DNA from: Longimicrobiales bacterium | GTDB lineage: Bacteria > Gemmatimonadota > Gemmatimonadetes > Longimicrobiales > Gaopeijiaceae | Length of the DNA stretch: 64,000 nucleotides | Reading direction: 5' to 3' | NCBI GenBank assembly: GCA_965198065.1 | Contig: CBDAON010000004.1 | Span: 1,632,001-1,696,000 of the forward strand | Shown: one piece after another, positions 20,124 to 30,400 of the stretch | Layout of the letters: every line of letters starts with the position of its first letter | Position numbering within the stretch: position 1 is the first letter of the stretch | Notes under the pieces: model-generated | Told to the model about the DNA's origin: nothing | What the model saw: the letters and a program-made list of their open reading frames with translations, nothing else | The model's database searches: none | Position numbers and translations under genes: made by a program

Positions 20124-20884
20124 ACTACCGCGCGCTCGCGAACGTCGTTGTGGTGCTGGACCGGCCGCAGGATCTGGTGAACATCGCGGGGGTCGTCCGG
20201 GCCATGAAGAACATGGGCCTTCGGCGGCTGCGACTCGTCGAGCCAGCCGAGTTCGACCGCTGGCGGATCACGGGGATCGCGCATCGATCGGAGGACGTAG
20301 TCGAATCCGCGGAAATCCCGGACAGTCTCGAGGAGGCCGTCCAGGACTGCGTCCTCGTCGTGGGCACCACGGCCAGGGCCCGAACGGCGCGGCGGAACTA
20401 CGGGCGTCCGAGGGAGTGGGCTGGGCGTATCGTCGAGCGCGCGAGGCAGGGCCGAGTGGCCGTGGTCTTCGGGAGGGAGGACAAGGGCCTGTCGAACGCC
20501 GCGTTGGACCGATGCGACGGCGCGATCGTGATTCCCACGGATCCGGGGTACCAGAGCCTGAACCTCGCGCACGCGTGCCTCGTGGTGGCTTATGAGATCC
20601 TCCTGGCCGCGGAGGGCGGTACACGACCCCTCCCCAGAGGAAAGCGTTCCACCAGGCTCGCCACTCGTGGGGAGATGGAAGAGATGCTTCAGGCGCTCTC
20701 CGGGGGGCTCGGGCGCATCGACTTCTTCAAGTCTCGCTCCCCCGAGACCGTGATGCGCACGTTCCGGACGCTCCTCGCCCGGGCGGATCCGGACAGCCAG
20801 GAGGCGGGCCTCGTAAAAGCACTCGGGTTCGAGATCGCCCACTATATCGATCGAGGTGGTCGGGAGGAGGGGGCGGGCGACTAA
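20120..20884 (+). CDS. trmJ: SPOUT RNA methyltransferase, TrmJ/LasT family
   Basis: NIAGVVRAMKNMG, GTTAR, VFGREDKGLSN, SLNLAHA. GTGA overlap with the MFS stop. Confidence 0.85.
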   Translation: MNYRALANVVVVLDRPQDLVNIAGVVRAMKNMGLRRLRLVEPAEFDRWRITGIAHRSEDVVESAEIPDSLEEAVQDCVLVVGTTARARTARRNYGRPREWAGRIVERARQGRVAVVFGREDKGLSNAALDRCDGAIVIPTDPGYQSLNLAHACLVVAYEILLAAEGGTRPLPRGKRSTRLATRGEMEEMLQALSGGLGRIDFFKSRSPETVMRTFRTLLARADPDSQEAGLVKALGFEIAHYIDRGGREEGAGD

Positions 20885-21024
20885 GCCGGGGCCGCAGGCC
20901 TGGTTGTAGCCGTCGCCCGGGGACCTCTATCTTGTCGGACCGGCCAGGCGGGTCGCCGTAAGGGGATGGGGGGATGCGACGCGAAACTGCCAGCTCGCGG
21001 GTTCCTTCGGCTCGAGGGACCGGG

Positions 21025-22516
21025 ATGTCTACCGTCGAGAAGGCTTCGGCGCCGGCGTCCGTGTCCGAGCGCTACCAGGTTCTGCTCGAGATCGGGCGAA
21101 CGCTTACGGGCGTGCTGAACGACGACGAGCTCTACGCTTCCATCTATCGGGAGACGGCCCGGGTCATCGAGGCCGACGGCTTCTACATCTCCCTCTACGA
21201 CAGCGGGTCGGACGAGGCGACTGTCGTGTTCTGGGCGGACGCGGGAAAGGGGCGCCGCGCCCAGATCGTCTATCCGGGCTCGGAGAGTGAGGTGATCCGC
21301 GCGGGCCTCCCCGTGATGGTGTCGGATCGGTTGAAGGATCAATCGCTGTTGGTCCTGGGAGAGGAGGGAGATCGCGTCACCCGCTCCTCAATCTCCGCGC
21401 CGCTGATCGTGCGAGGTCAGGTCCTCGGGGTAATCAGCGCTCAGAGTTACCGCGCGAACGCGTACACCCAGGCCGACCTCGAGCTTCTGGAAGGGATCTC
21501 CGGGCTTGCCGCCGTGGCCAGCCAGAACTTCCCACGTGGAGGCGCTCGACCGCAGGCGGAGGGAGGCCGAGAACATGGAGGAGATCGTCCGGGCGCTCGT
21601 CAGCTCCCTGGACATGGAGGAGGTCCTCGTGAGAGTGGCGGACGCGGCCCTGGACCTGCTCGAGGCCGACGGTGCGACCGTGTGGCTCTTCGAGCTCGAC
21701 CTCGCGCGCGCGGCCGCGAGCCGCGGACCGATCGCCGTCGAGGTGGGGACGGCCATTCCCCTGGAGGGAGGGCTCATCGAGGCGCTCCAGGAGGAGCGAC
21801 GGGCCATGGTGCTCGAGGATGTCCGCAGCTCGAGGCTCCTCACCGAGGGGCAGCAGGCCCTGCTCCGCTCACGGTGCGCTCTCTTCGTTCCCCTGGCTCA
21901 CGGGGAGCGGGCGACCGGCGCGCTCTCGGTCGAAATGGCGAGGGCCCGGCCGTTCCGTCGGGAGGACGAGCAGCTGCTCGAGCGGCTGGCCGGGCACGCG
22001 ACCGTGGCCCTTCAGAACGCGCGCCTGCACGAGGGCCTCCAGGCGGCGTCCCTCACCGATCCGCTCACCAGGCTCCCGAACCGCCGCCACCTCGAAGTCC
22101 ACCTAGAGCGGGAGATCGCCGCCGCGCAGCGCGGGCGGAAGCTCTCGGTCGTGCTCTTCGACCTGGACAATTTCAAGCAGTACAACGACACGTTCGGACA
22201 CCTGGCCGGGGACGAGGTGCTTGAGGCGATGGGCGAGGTCCTGGCGGCGGAGACCCGGGCCATGAACCTGGTCGCGAGGTACGGCGGCGATGAGTTTGTG
22301 GCCGTCCTGTCGGACACGCCGCTCGAGGGAGCCCGGCTGCAGGCCAGACGCGTCGCGGATCGGGTCGCCCGGCACCCGGCCCTGGGCCCCCACGGCATCG
22401 GCCTGAGCGCAGGAGTAGCGGAATACAGCGAGAACGAGCACACCGTCAAGGACTTGCTTAGGGCGGCCGACGAGGACATGTACCGTTCGAAGGCGGAGAA
22501 ACAGTCGCCGGCATGA
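21025..22516 (+). pseudogene. GAF-GAF-GGDEF diguanylate cyclase split by a frameshift near 21530
   Basis: First GAF domain in one frame (…GVISAQSY…AVASQN). It continues in the +1 frame (HVEALDRRRREAE…second GAF…TDPLTRLPNRR…FKQYNDTFGH…RYGGDEF). Confidence 0.85.
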
Positions 22517-23349
22517 CTGCCCTCGGGTCGGCGGGCGATCCGGCCGACGCAACTCGCTCGTTCCTCTCCATCGCCATCGACATTGCGGTTGGGGCCGGCG
22601 CGCTCACGCTAGACCACTTCGGCAAGGTCTGCTCCGCCGACACGAAGGCGGACGGGAGTCCCGTCACGGTAGCGGACCGCGAGACCGAGGCCTTCCTCCG
22701 GGAGGGCATTCGAGAGCGCTTTCCCGGCCATGGGATCCTCGGCGAAGAGTTCGGCGAAGACCCGGGGTCCGAGCCGATCCGGTGGATCGTGGACCCGATC
22801 GACGGCACAAGGTCGTTCGTGCAGGGCGTGCCTCTCTACGCCGTGCTCGTGGGGGTTGAGGTGGAGGGGGTACCGATGGTCGGGGTCGCCCACTTTCCGG
22901 CGCTCGCGGAGACAGTCGCGGCGGGGAGGGGGCTCGGCTGCAGCTGGGTGGGCGGGAACGGTGGTGAGCTGATGAGCGCCCGGGTGTCGGACACCGCGGA
23001 CCTCACCGCCGCGCTGGCGCTCACATCGGATCCGGGGTCGATCCTGTCGTCGGCGATCGGTCAGGGGTGGGCCGACCTCTGCCGGCGCGTGCGGGTCGTG
23101 CGAGGGTGGGGCGACGCTTACGGGCACGCGCTGGTGGCCACCGGGCGAGCGGACATCATGGTCGACCCGGTGCTGTCTCCATGGGACGCCGCCGCGCTGA
23201 TCCCGATCCTCTCGGAGGCGGGAGGGCGCTTCACCGACCTCCGGGGCGTGGAGACGCCCGACGGTGCGTCGGGCGTCTCCACCAACGGCCGCTTCCACGA
23301 CCGAGTGTTGGAGATCCTGAACGCGGGCGGGTCAGCCGCGCCTCACTGA
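22513..23349 (+). CDS. hisN: Inositol monophosphatase family, histidinol-phosphatase HisN-like
   Basis: SPVTVADRETE, GEEFG, WIVDPIDGT, WGDAYG, WDAAA. Confidence 0.82.
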   Translation: MTALGSAGDPADATRSFLSIAIDIAVGAGALTLDHFGKVCSADTKADGSPVTVADRETEAFLREGIRERFPGHGILGEEFGEDPGSEPIRWIVDPIDGTRSFVQGVPLYAVLVGVEVEGVPMVGVAHFPALAETVAAGRGLGCSWVGGNGGELMSARVSDTADLTAALALTSDPGSILSSAIGQGWADLCRRVRVVRGWGDAYGHALVATGRADIMVDPVLSPWDAAALIPILSEAGGRFTDLRGVETPDGASGVSTNGRFHDRVLEILNAGGSAAPH

Positions 23350-23377
23350 ACCGACGAGGCACGTGCGCGCCTGGGGG

Positions 23378-24679
23378 TCAGAGCGATCCCACGGGCAGCT
23401 CGGCCTCGGTCATCTCCGGCTGTGCGCTCGGTTGCCAGATCTGAACGAAGGGGAACGTGACGAGGAACCAGCGCACCGCGGTCCCGAGCAGACCCAGGAA
23501 TCCCAGCCCGATGAGCGGCTCCCAGAACGTAATCGTCGGCTCGCCGGCCACGTGGAGCGACGGGGCCACGAGGAGGAAGCGCTCGAGCCAGAGCCCGCCC
23601 AGGATGAGGGCGCAGACCGAGCCCAGCCAGGCCGGACGCATCTTGGGCGCCGCCCCGAGGAGGGAGGCGAACGGGATCACGAAGCAGAGTAGGATCACCG
23701 CGATCGAGAGCGGCCCCCACTCCGGTCCCGAGCGGTGGACGATCCACTCCTGCTCCCACGGAAGCTTGCCGTACCAGATGACCAGGTACTGCGACCAGAA
23801 CAAGTAGGTCCAGAAGACCGAGAAGGCGAAGGACAGCTTCCCGAGATCGTGAAGCTGCTGCGCCCCGATGTGCTCGTCGGCATACGGCTCGGTCCGCTTG
23901 AGGAGCACGGACCCCAGCGCGGTCGCCACGATCCCTCCCCAAAAGGCCCCCATGAAGAACCAGGCCGGGAAGAGGGTCGAGAACCAGTGGGGCTCGAGGC
24001 TCATGGCCCAGTCGATGGCGAAGAGGCTCATCACGACTGCGTAAGCGAGGACGAGTGCTGGCGCCAGGACAGTGAGCCTGGCCCAGCTCCGCTCCTCTTC
24101 GCGCTCCTGGCCGAGCCAGTCCTGCGACAGCCGCAGCCTCCAGCGTGCCCGGCCTGCGTCCCCCCCCTCGTCCGCCTCCCGCTCCGGGCCCAGGTCGGGG
24201 CGCATCGAGAGGTAGATGAAGATCAGGCTCATCGTGAAGAGGAGGAGCGCGCCCCCCACCTGTCGGGCCATTAGGAACGGGATGTTCAAGTACGCGGCCT
24301 TTCTCTGGACCACCTCATCCTCGGCCATGAGCTCGATCCACGGGAAGTAGTTCTCGCGAAGGCCCAGCATGGGGAGGAGGAGGAGGAACGCAAGTGGGAG
24401 GAACGCACCGAGGGCGAGCGAGACTCGGCGCACGGACCAGTTCCACTTCGCCTTGGTGATCGTCGTGGCCGCCGCGAGGATCATCGCGCCCAGCGCGATG
24501 CTCGTGAAGAAGAGCCAGTTCGAGACATACGCTTGCCACGCCCGGTCCGGGTTCGTGGCGAGGAGCGTGAAGAAGGAGATCGCGCCGACCGCCACGAGCC
24601 CGCCCAAGACGAGGGGGGCGCCCTTCCCACGTTCGAGGTATCGGGCCTCGACCCGCGCCGGAATCGGAATGTCGTGCAT
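23378..24679 (-). CDS. actF: Alternative Complex III subunit F (membrane protein)
   Basis: DWAMSLEPHWFST, HDLGKL, WTYLFWSQYLVIWYG; last gene of the act operon. Confidence 0.88.
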   Translation of the reverse strand: MHDIPIPARVEARYLERGKGAPLVLGGLVAVGAISFFTLLATNPDRAWQAYVSNWLFFTSIALGAMILAAATTITKAKWNWSVRRVSLALGAFLPLAFLLLLPMLGLRENYFPWIELMAEDEVVQRKAAYLNIPFLMARQVGGALLLFTMSLIFIYLSMRPDLGPEREADEGGDAGRARWRLRLSQDWLGQEREEERSWARLTVLAPALVLAYAVVMSLFAIDWAMSLEPHWFSTLFPAWFFMGAFWGGIVATALGSVLLKRTEPYADEHIGAQQLHDLGKLSFAFSVFWTYLFWSQYLVIWYGKLPWEQEWIVHRSGPEWGPLSIAVILLCFVIPFASLLGAAPKMRPAWLGSVCALILGGLWLERFLLVAPSLHVAGEPTITFWEPLIGLGFLGLLGTAVRWFLVTFPFVQIWQPSAQPEMTEAELPVGSL

Positions 24680-24705
24680 GGTCCCTGGCCTGACCTGGCG
24701 ACCCG

Positions 24706-25371
24706 CTAGAGTCCCTGGAGCCGGCGCACGTAATTCACGACGTGCCACCGGTCGAAGTGCGTGATCTGGTGCCCGTAGGGCGGCATGATGCCACGGCCCA
24801 CCCGGACGATCGAGTAGATGTAGCCGTCCGTGAGCCCCCGCGCTTCGGGGGTGAGGAGCGGACGCGTGAACGCCGCGCCGCCGGGGGCCTGGGTGACCGG
24901 ACCGTCGCCCGCGCCCGTCGTGCTGTGGCACGGCGAGCACGCCCGGTTGAAGACCTCCTCCCCGCGAGCCAGCGACTCCGGCGTGGCCTCCGCGGGATTC
25001 TCGAGGCCGTTGATCTGGGGGAAGTCGTCTGGATTCAGGAGCGCTTGGGCCACCTCGATGGCGGTCACTGGCGGCGGGACCGGGGCTCCCTCCGGCTGGC
25101 CGAGGTTCACGACCCCGGGGGCGGCCGGAAAGTTGCCCGACGCGAACGGCACGGAGCCTTCCGGGGGCAGCCGCGGGTCCTCGTACGAGCCGATGGAGGG
25201 CTGCTCCCGCATGCTCCGGCCGAAGATCGCGACCATGGCATTGTCGAGGGGCGTGCACCCGGAGGCTCCGAGCGCCACAGCGGCCACGAGAGCGCGTCGG
25301 GCCGCACGGCGCGCCGGTCCGCCGCCCACCGATCGTGCCCTGCCTCGCGGTCCCGGCGCCCACCTATCCAT
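24706..25371 (-). CDS. actE: Alternative Complex III subunit E, monoheme cytochrome c lipoprotein
   Basis: Lipobox ASGC, heme motif CSPCH, distal MPPY, DRWHVVNYVR. Confidence 0.88.
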   Translation of the reverse strand: MDRWAPGPRGRARSVGGGPARRAARRALVAAVALGASGCTPLDNAMVAIFGRSMREQPSIGSYEDPRLPPEGSVPFASGNFPAAPGVVNLGQPEGAPVPPPVTAIEVAQALLNPDDFPQINGLENPAEATPESLARGEEVFNRACSPCHSTTGAGDGPVTQAPGGAAFTRPLLTPEARGLTDGYIYSIVRVGRGIMPPYGHQITHFDRWHVVNYVRRLQGL

Positions 25372-25894
25372 GGGCTCTCCCGTCCGAGTCCTCCTCCATC
25401 CTCGCCGGACGACTGGACTCCAGGATCCGACGCGCGGCCGCGATCCGATCGGGACCGGCGGTGACGTAAACTCCGAACCGCCCCGCGGAGAGCTCCGGAT
25501 CGTACACCACGTCCGACTTGAGCGAGGGAATGCGCATGTTCCAGAGCACCCCGATCACGGTCGCGAAGACCCCGAAGAGAATCGCGAGCTCGAACGAGAT
25601 CACCACGTAGGCCGGGATTGAGACGATCGGCTTTCCGCCGGTGACAAGCGGCCAGTCCACCGCCGAGAACACCGTGAAGGCGAATCCCGTGGCTGCGCCC
25701 GTCAACCCTCCGATCAGCGTGAAGAGTCGTACCGGGCTCGACCCGTACCCGAGCGCGTCCTCGATGTGGTGCTCGGGGAACGGCGCGAAGGCCGTGATCT
25801 CCTCGAAGCCCTCCTTTCGGAGCGCCTTGATGGCCTCGACCGTTGAGTCGAGGAAGTCGTAGGAGGCGAGCACCCCCTGGTGCGACCCGCTCAT
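25364..25894 (-). CDS. actD: Alternative Complex III subunit D (DUF3341)
   Basis: APFP, DWPLVTGGKP, PAYVVISFELAILF. Confidence 0.9.
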   Translation of the reverse strand: MSGSHQGVLASYDFLDSTVEAIKALRKEGFEEITAFAPFPEHHIEDALGYGSSPVRLFTLIGGLTGAATGFAFTVFSAVDWPLVTGGKPIVSIPAYVVISFELAILFGVFATVIGVLWNMRIPSLKSDVVYDPELSAGRFGVYVTAGPDRIAAARRILESSRPARMEEDSDGRAHG

Positions 25895-25961
25895 CGGGCG
25901 CCCTCCGGTGTGCCGGGTCGGGCCTCCGCCGGGCCCGCCGAGCCGCGGCCGACCGCGGGCC

Positions 25962-27398
25962 TCATCCCTGCCCCTCCGCGGGCGCCTTCCTCCGAAGCGG
26001 TGCCGGGAGAACCTCCTTGATCTCCTGGATTGCCATTGGTGGCAGGAGGCGGGAAAAGAGGAGGAACCAGAAGAAGAACCAGGCGAAGCTCCCGGCGACG
26101 ATCCCCATCTCGGTCACGGACGGCCGGTAGTTCCCCCACGCGAACGGGACGAACTCGTGCGAAAGCGACACCACGATGATCACGAAGCGCTCGAACCACA
26201 TTCCGATGTTGATGAAGATCGAGATGACGAAGAGCGCGGGAATAGAGTGGCGCACGCGTTTGAACCAGAGGAGGATCGGGATGACGCCGTTACAGGTGAG
26301 CATCGTCCACCCCGCCCACCAGTAGCTCCCGAAGGCCCGGTTCCAGAACGCGTTCCGCTCGGGATCCTCACCCGAATACCACGACATGAAGAACTCGGTC
26401 AGGTACGCGTAGAGTACAATGAGCCCCGTCACGAGGCAGAGCTTCGCCATCGCGTCGAAGTGTTTGACCGTGAGGTATTTTTCTAGCCCGAACGCCTTCC
26501 GCATGGGGACCAGGATGGTGATTACCATCGCCACCCCCGAGAAGATCGCCCCGGCCACGAAGTACGGTGCGAAGATGGTGGCGTGCCACCCCGGCACGAT
26601 CGCCATCGCGAAGTCCCAGGACACGACCGAGTGCACGGAGAGCACGAGGGGCGTGGCCAGGGCGGCCAGGTAGAGGTAGGCCTTTGCGAAGTGGTGCCAC
26701 TGCCGGTCGGTTCCTCTCCAGCCGAAGGAGAGGAGTCTGTAGAAGCGCTGCCGAAAGCCCGGAGCCGCCTGGTCCCGTGCGGCAGCAATGTCCGGGATCA
26801 GCCCGAGCAGGAAGAAGAGCGACGACACCGTGAAGTAGGTCGAGACCGCGAACACGTCCCAGACGAGGGGCGAGCGGAAGTTCGGCCAGAGCAGCCGCTC
26901 GTTGGGATACGGGAAGAGCCAATACGCGTGCCACACCCGCCCGAGGTGGATCAGCGGGAAGAGGCCGGCCGTCATGACCGCGAACACCGTCATGGCCTCG
27001 GCGGCCCGATAGATCGACTGGCGCCACGGCGCCCGGAACAGGAACAGGATCGCCGAGATGAGCGTGCCGGAGTGGGCGATACCGACCCAGAACACGAAGG
27101 AGGTGATGTACACGCCCCATCCCACGGGTGAGTTCAGGCCCGAGAGGCCGATCCCGTTGATGATCTGGTTTCCCCAGGAGAAGGCGAGGACCCCCACGCC
27201 CGCGACCGCGAGCCCGAAGAGGAGCCACCACCCCTTCCCGGGACGTGAGAGGATCTTGAGGATGTCGACGTTGACTTCCCCGTACGTGCCGACGTCCGGG
27301 TGGGTCACCGCTCCCCGGGCACGCTCCCGATCCAGTGTCGCCGATCCCGTCACGGTCCCCGCCAGCCCACTTCCCACCTCACCGCCGGCGCTAGACAT
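25962..27398 (-). CDS. actC: Alternative Complex III subunit C (NrfD/PsrC-like quinol oxidase)
   Basis: FVFWVGIAHSGTLISA, HLGR, NFRSPLVWD, SVHSVVSWDFA, GMWFERF. Confidence 0.93.
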   Translation of the reverse strand: MSSAGGEVGSGLAGTVTGSATLDRERARGAVTHPDVGTYGEVNVDILKILSRPGKGWWLLFGLAVAGVGVLAFSWGNQIINGIGLSGLNSPVGWGVYITSFVFWVGIAHSGTLISAILFLFRAPWRQSIYRAAEAMTVFAVMTAGLFPLIHLGRVWHAYWLFPYPNERLLWPNFRSPLVWDVFAVSTYFTVSSLFFLLGLIPDIAAARDQAAPGFRQRFYRLLSFGWRGTDRQWHHFAKAYLYLAALATPLVLSVHSVVSWDFAMAIVPGWHATIFAPYFVAGAIFSGVAMVITILVPMRKAFGLEKYLTVKHFDAMAKLCLVTGLIVLYAYLTEFFMSWYSGEDPERNAFWNRAFGSYWWAGWTMLTCNGVIPILLWFKRVRHSIPALFVISIFINIGMWFERFVIIVVSLSHEFVPFAWGNYRPSVTEMGIVAGSFAWFFFWFLLFSRLLPPMAIQEIKEVLPAPLRRKAPAEGQG

Positions 27399-30300
27399 GG
27401 ATCTCTTCCACGGGGTGGAAGGTCACCTTTCGGAGATAGCTGATGGCCGGCTGCGTGTTGATCAGGACGTCGAGCACCCGATAGGTCCGCTCGTTCGCGG
27501 TCACCTGCGCCACCTGGGAGCCGGGATCCCGGATGTTCCCGAAGACGATGGCCTCGGCAGGGCAGCTCTGCTGGCACGCCGGAACGACATCTCCGTCCGC
27601 GACCCCCCTCCCCTCGAGAGCGGCCCTGTGCTCGGCCTGCCGGATCCTCTGCACGCAGAAGGTGCACTTCTCCATGACGCCTTCACCCCGTACGGTGACG
27701 TCGGGGTTGTAGGCCCAGTTCATGGGCTCGGGGATGTCCGAGAACTCGAACCAGTTGAAGACCCGCACCTTGTAGGGGCAGTTGTTCGCGCAGTACCGGG
27801 TGCCCACGCAGCGGTTGTAGACCTGAGCGTTCAGGCCGTCGGGGGTGTGGTACGCGGCGTAGACCGGGCAGACCGGCTCGCACGGGGCGTTCCCACAGTG
27901 CTGGCAGAGCATCGGGAGGAAGCGGACGTCTAGCGGTCCCGGCTCGTCCGCGTTGATCTCCCCGTAGTACCGCTCGAGCCGGATCCACTGAAGGTCTCGG
28001 CCCATCGTCATCATGTTCTCGCCGACCCAGGCCACGTTGTTCTCGGACTGGCACGCCGTCACGCACGCGGAGCAGCCCGTGCACTTGTCCAGATCGATGG
28101 CCATGGCCCAGCGGGGGAACGCCTCGGGGTCGTACTCGCCGTGGCGCGCGCCCTCCAGGGGGAACTCCCCCGCCGCCCCATCCGTCTCGGTCGGGACGAA
28201 CCCGCCGACCGCCTGAAGCTCGTGGAACTCCCTGGGCTCGGGAGCCTCAAACTCCCCGGACTGGAGGACCGCGAGTTCCACGGCCGGCGCGATCGGCCGG
28301 TCGCGGTGGTCTTCACTTCCCGCGACTGTGGCAAGGCGCCGCCACTCCCCGGTCGGCTCGATCGTAACCCGAGTGGCCAGATGGACTAGGGTGCCCGAGG
28401 GCTGCTCGATCTCGCCGGGAAGGAGGACCATCGGGTTCGCGCCTCTCGCATCCGCGAAGCGACCGAATCCGGCGTGTCCTCCGCCCATCGCCAGGGCGGC
28501 GGTGTTACGGCGGATGCCCGCGTAGGGATAGACGGGGGCCTCGACATCTCCGTGCGGCGAGACCACCCGCACGATGTCGCCCCGCTGCACGCCCAGCTCC
28601 GCGGCCGTCTCGGGGTGGACTTCCACCCAGGAGTGCCAGGAGATCTTGGACACCGGGTCCGGCAGCTCCTGGAGCCACGGGCGGTTCGCTGCCTGGCCGT
28701 CGCCCAGCCGGGGGGACGGATAGACGATGAGCGCGAGGCCGTCGCCATCCAGGGCGGGAGGCTCGAAGACGAGCGCGCGGTCGGGGGCCTGAAGTGCGGG
28801 TACCTCCGCGGGCGGCACGGGAAGCTCCGCGATCCCGGTCCGCAGCGCCTCCCGCCAGAACGCGTCGAACGTACCGCCGGGGCTCCCCGCGGCGGCGTGC
28901 ATCTCACCCCAGCGGGCCCGCAGGTAGTCGTAGAAGGTCTCGGCTCCCAGATCCTGCCCAGTGCCGCGCGCCGCGGCGAGAAGGATGTCCCCGGCCGGCC
29001 GCGAGTCGAAGTGCGGGACGGGGCGCATGGCGGGCTGCTGCACTGTGGAGACCCCGGGTCGCGGGTTCGCGTCGCCCCAGCCCTCCAGCCAGTGTCGCTC
29101 CGGCAGCACGAAGTCCGCGAGCCTCGCCGTCTCGTCCAGCCGGTCGCTGATCGCGACGGTCGTCGAGACCCCCCCCATCGCCTCCACGAACCCCGAGCCG
29201 GGCGGGAGGCTGTAGGCGGGGTTCACGCCGTGGATCACCAGCAGGCTCGCCCCACCCCCGAGCGAGGCGACGGCGGGGACGACCCCACCCGTCGGCTGGG
29301 AAGCTGCGCTCAGGTGTCCGCGGCCGGGGTGTACGGTGGCGCCCACGGCCCCGCCGACGGCGTTCAACAGGAGGACCGCGAGGCTGGCCGCCGTGGCGTT
29401 ACGACCCTGGCCCGCGATCCCGGGGCCGACGGCGAGCCCCGGGCCCTCGTCGCGGAATCGCAGAGCCAACTCATTGAGCGTCTCGACGGAGAGGCCCACC
29501 TGTCCCGCCACCGAGGCCGGGTCATAGGCCTGGAGGACCGCCGCGTATGGGCCGGCGTCCGCACCCTCCCGGGCGAGGATGTTTGCCATCGCGAGCGCAA
29601 CCAGCGCCTCGGAACCCGCGTCCACCGGGATCCACTCGTCGGCATTCTGTCCCGTCAGGGACAGCCGCGGCCCGATCACTACGAGCCGCCCCTTTTCGCG
29701 CGCTTCGCTCGCGCCGCTCATCCGCGCGAAGCCCCGCGCGTGCTCGACGGGAGATAGCCAGGTCTCGAGGAAGTCGGCGCCGAACGAGTAGACGGTCTTG
29801 GCCGCCTCGAAGTCGTAGGTCGGGATCTGATCGGTCCCGAAGGCCATGCGGCAGGCTTCGCGGAGCGGCGCGTGCGAGAGCGGCTCGTATTCGACTCGCG
29901 TGCCCCCGAAGGCAGCCGCCCACTCGGTTTCCAGACCGGTGAGGGTCGGACCCTGCCGTCCGCTAAGGAGGAGCACGTTGCCGCCGGCCGCACCGAGCAA
30001 ACCAGCGAACGTCGTCTCGGCCTCCTCCCAGGTCATGGGTTCGAAGCTGCCGTCAGCGTTCCTGCGGACGGGGGTGGCGAGGCGGTCCGGATCGTAGAGA
30101 CCCTGGAGCGCCGAGTGCCCGCGCGAGCACAGCGCGCCGCCCGAGACGGGGTGTGTAGGGTTCCCCTCGAGCTTGATCGCGCGCCCCTCGCGGGTCTTTA
30201 CCCAGGCCCCACAGCCGGCCGGGCATTCGCCGCAGGCCGTCGCGTACCAGGTCGCCACCCCGGGCGTGACGTCCTCGGGCGGCACCACGTAAGGGATCAG

Positions 30301-30399
30301 CTGTTCCACCCGGTCGGTGGAGCACCCCACCAGCCCGGCGCCCGCTCCGGTCACGCCGAGGACCTTCAGGAAGTCCCGTCGCCTGATCCCGTCGCTCAT
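27391..30399 (-). CDS. actB: Alternative Complex III subunit B (molybdopterin-oxidoreductase-like domain fused to an Fe-S domain)
   Basis: Tat signal IRRRDFLK plus lipobox LVGC. Fe-S motifs CTGCSACVTAC, CQHCGNAPCEPVCP, CVGTRYCANNCP, KCTFC, PACQQSCP. Confidence 0.93.
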   Translation of the reverse strand: MSDGIRRRDFLKVLGVTGAGAGLVGCSTDRVEQLIPYVVPPEDVTPGVATWYATACGECPAGCGAWVKTREGRAIKLEGNPTHPVSGGALCSRGHSALQGLYDPDRLATPVRRNADGSFEPMTWEEAETTFAGLLGAAGGNVLLLSGRQGPTLTGLETEWAAAFGGTRVEYEPLSHAPLREACRMAFGTDQIPTYDFEAAKTVYSFGADFLETWLSPVEHARGFARMSGASEAREKGRLVVIGPRLSLTGQNADEWIPVDAGSEALVALAMANILAREGADAGPYAAVLQAYDPASVAGQVGLSVETLNELALRFRDEGPGLAVGPGIAGQGRNATAASLAVLLLNAVGGAVGATVHPGRGHLSAASQPTGGVVPAVASLGGGASLLVIHGVNPAYSLPPGSGFVEAMGGVSTTVAISDRLDETARLADFVLPERHWLEGWGDANPRPGVSTVQQPAMRPVPHFDSRPAGDILLAAARGTGQDLGAETFYDYLRARWGEMHAAAGSPGGTFDAFWREALRTGIAELPVPPAEVPALQAPDRALVFEPPALDGDGLALIVYPSPRLGDGQAANRPWLQELPDPVSKISWHSWVEVHPETAAELGVQRGDIVRVVSPHGDVEAPVYPYAGIRRNTAALAMGGGHAGFGRFADARGANPMVLLPGEIEQPSGTLVHLATRVTIEPTGEWRRLATVAGSEDHRDRPIAPAVELAVLQSGEFEAPEPREFHELQAVGGFVPTETDGAAGEFPLEGARHGEYDPEAFPRWAMAIDLDKCTGCSACVTACQSENNVAWVGENMMTMGRDLQWIRLERYYGEINADEPGPLDVRFLPMLCQHCGNAPCEPVCPVYAAYHTPDGLNAQVYNRCVGTRYCANNCPYKVRVFNWFEFSDIPEPMNWAYNPDVTVRGEGVMEKCTFCVQRIRQAEHRAALEGRGVADGDVVPACQQSCPAEAIVFGNIRDPGSQVAQVTANERTYRVLDVLINTQPAISYLRKVTFHPVEEIHV

Positions 30400-30400
30400 A

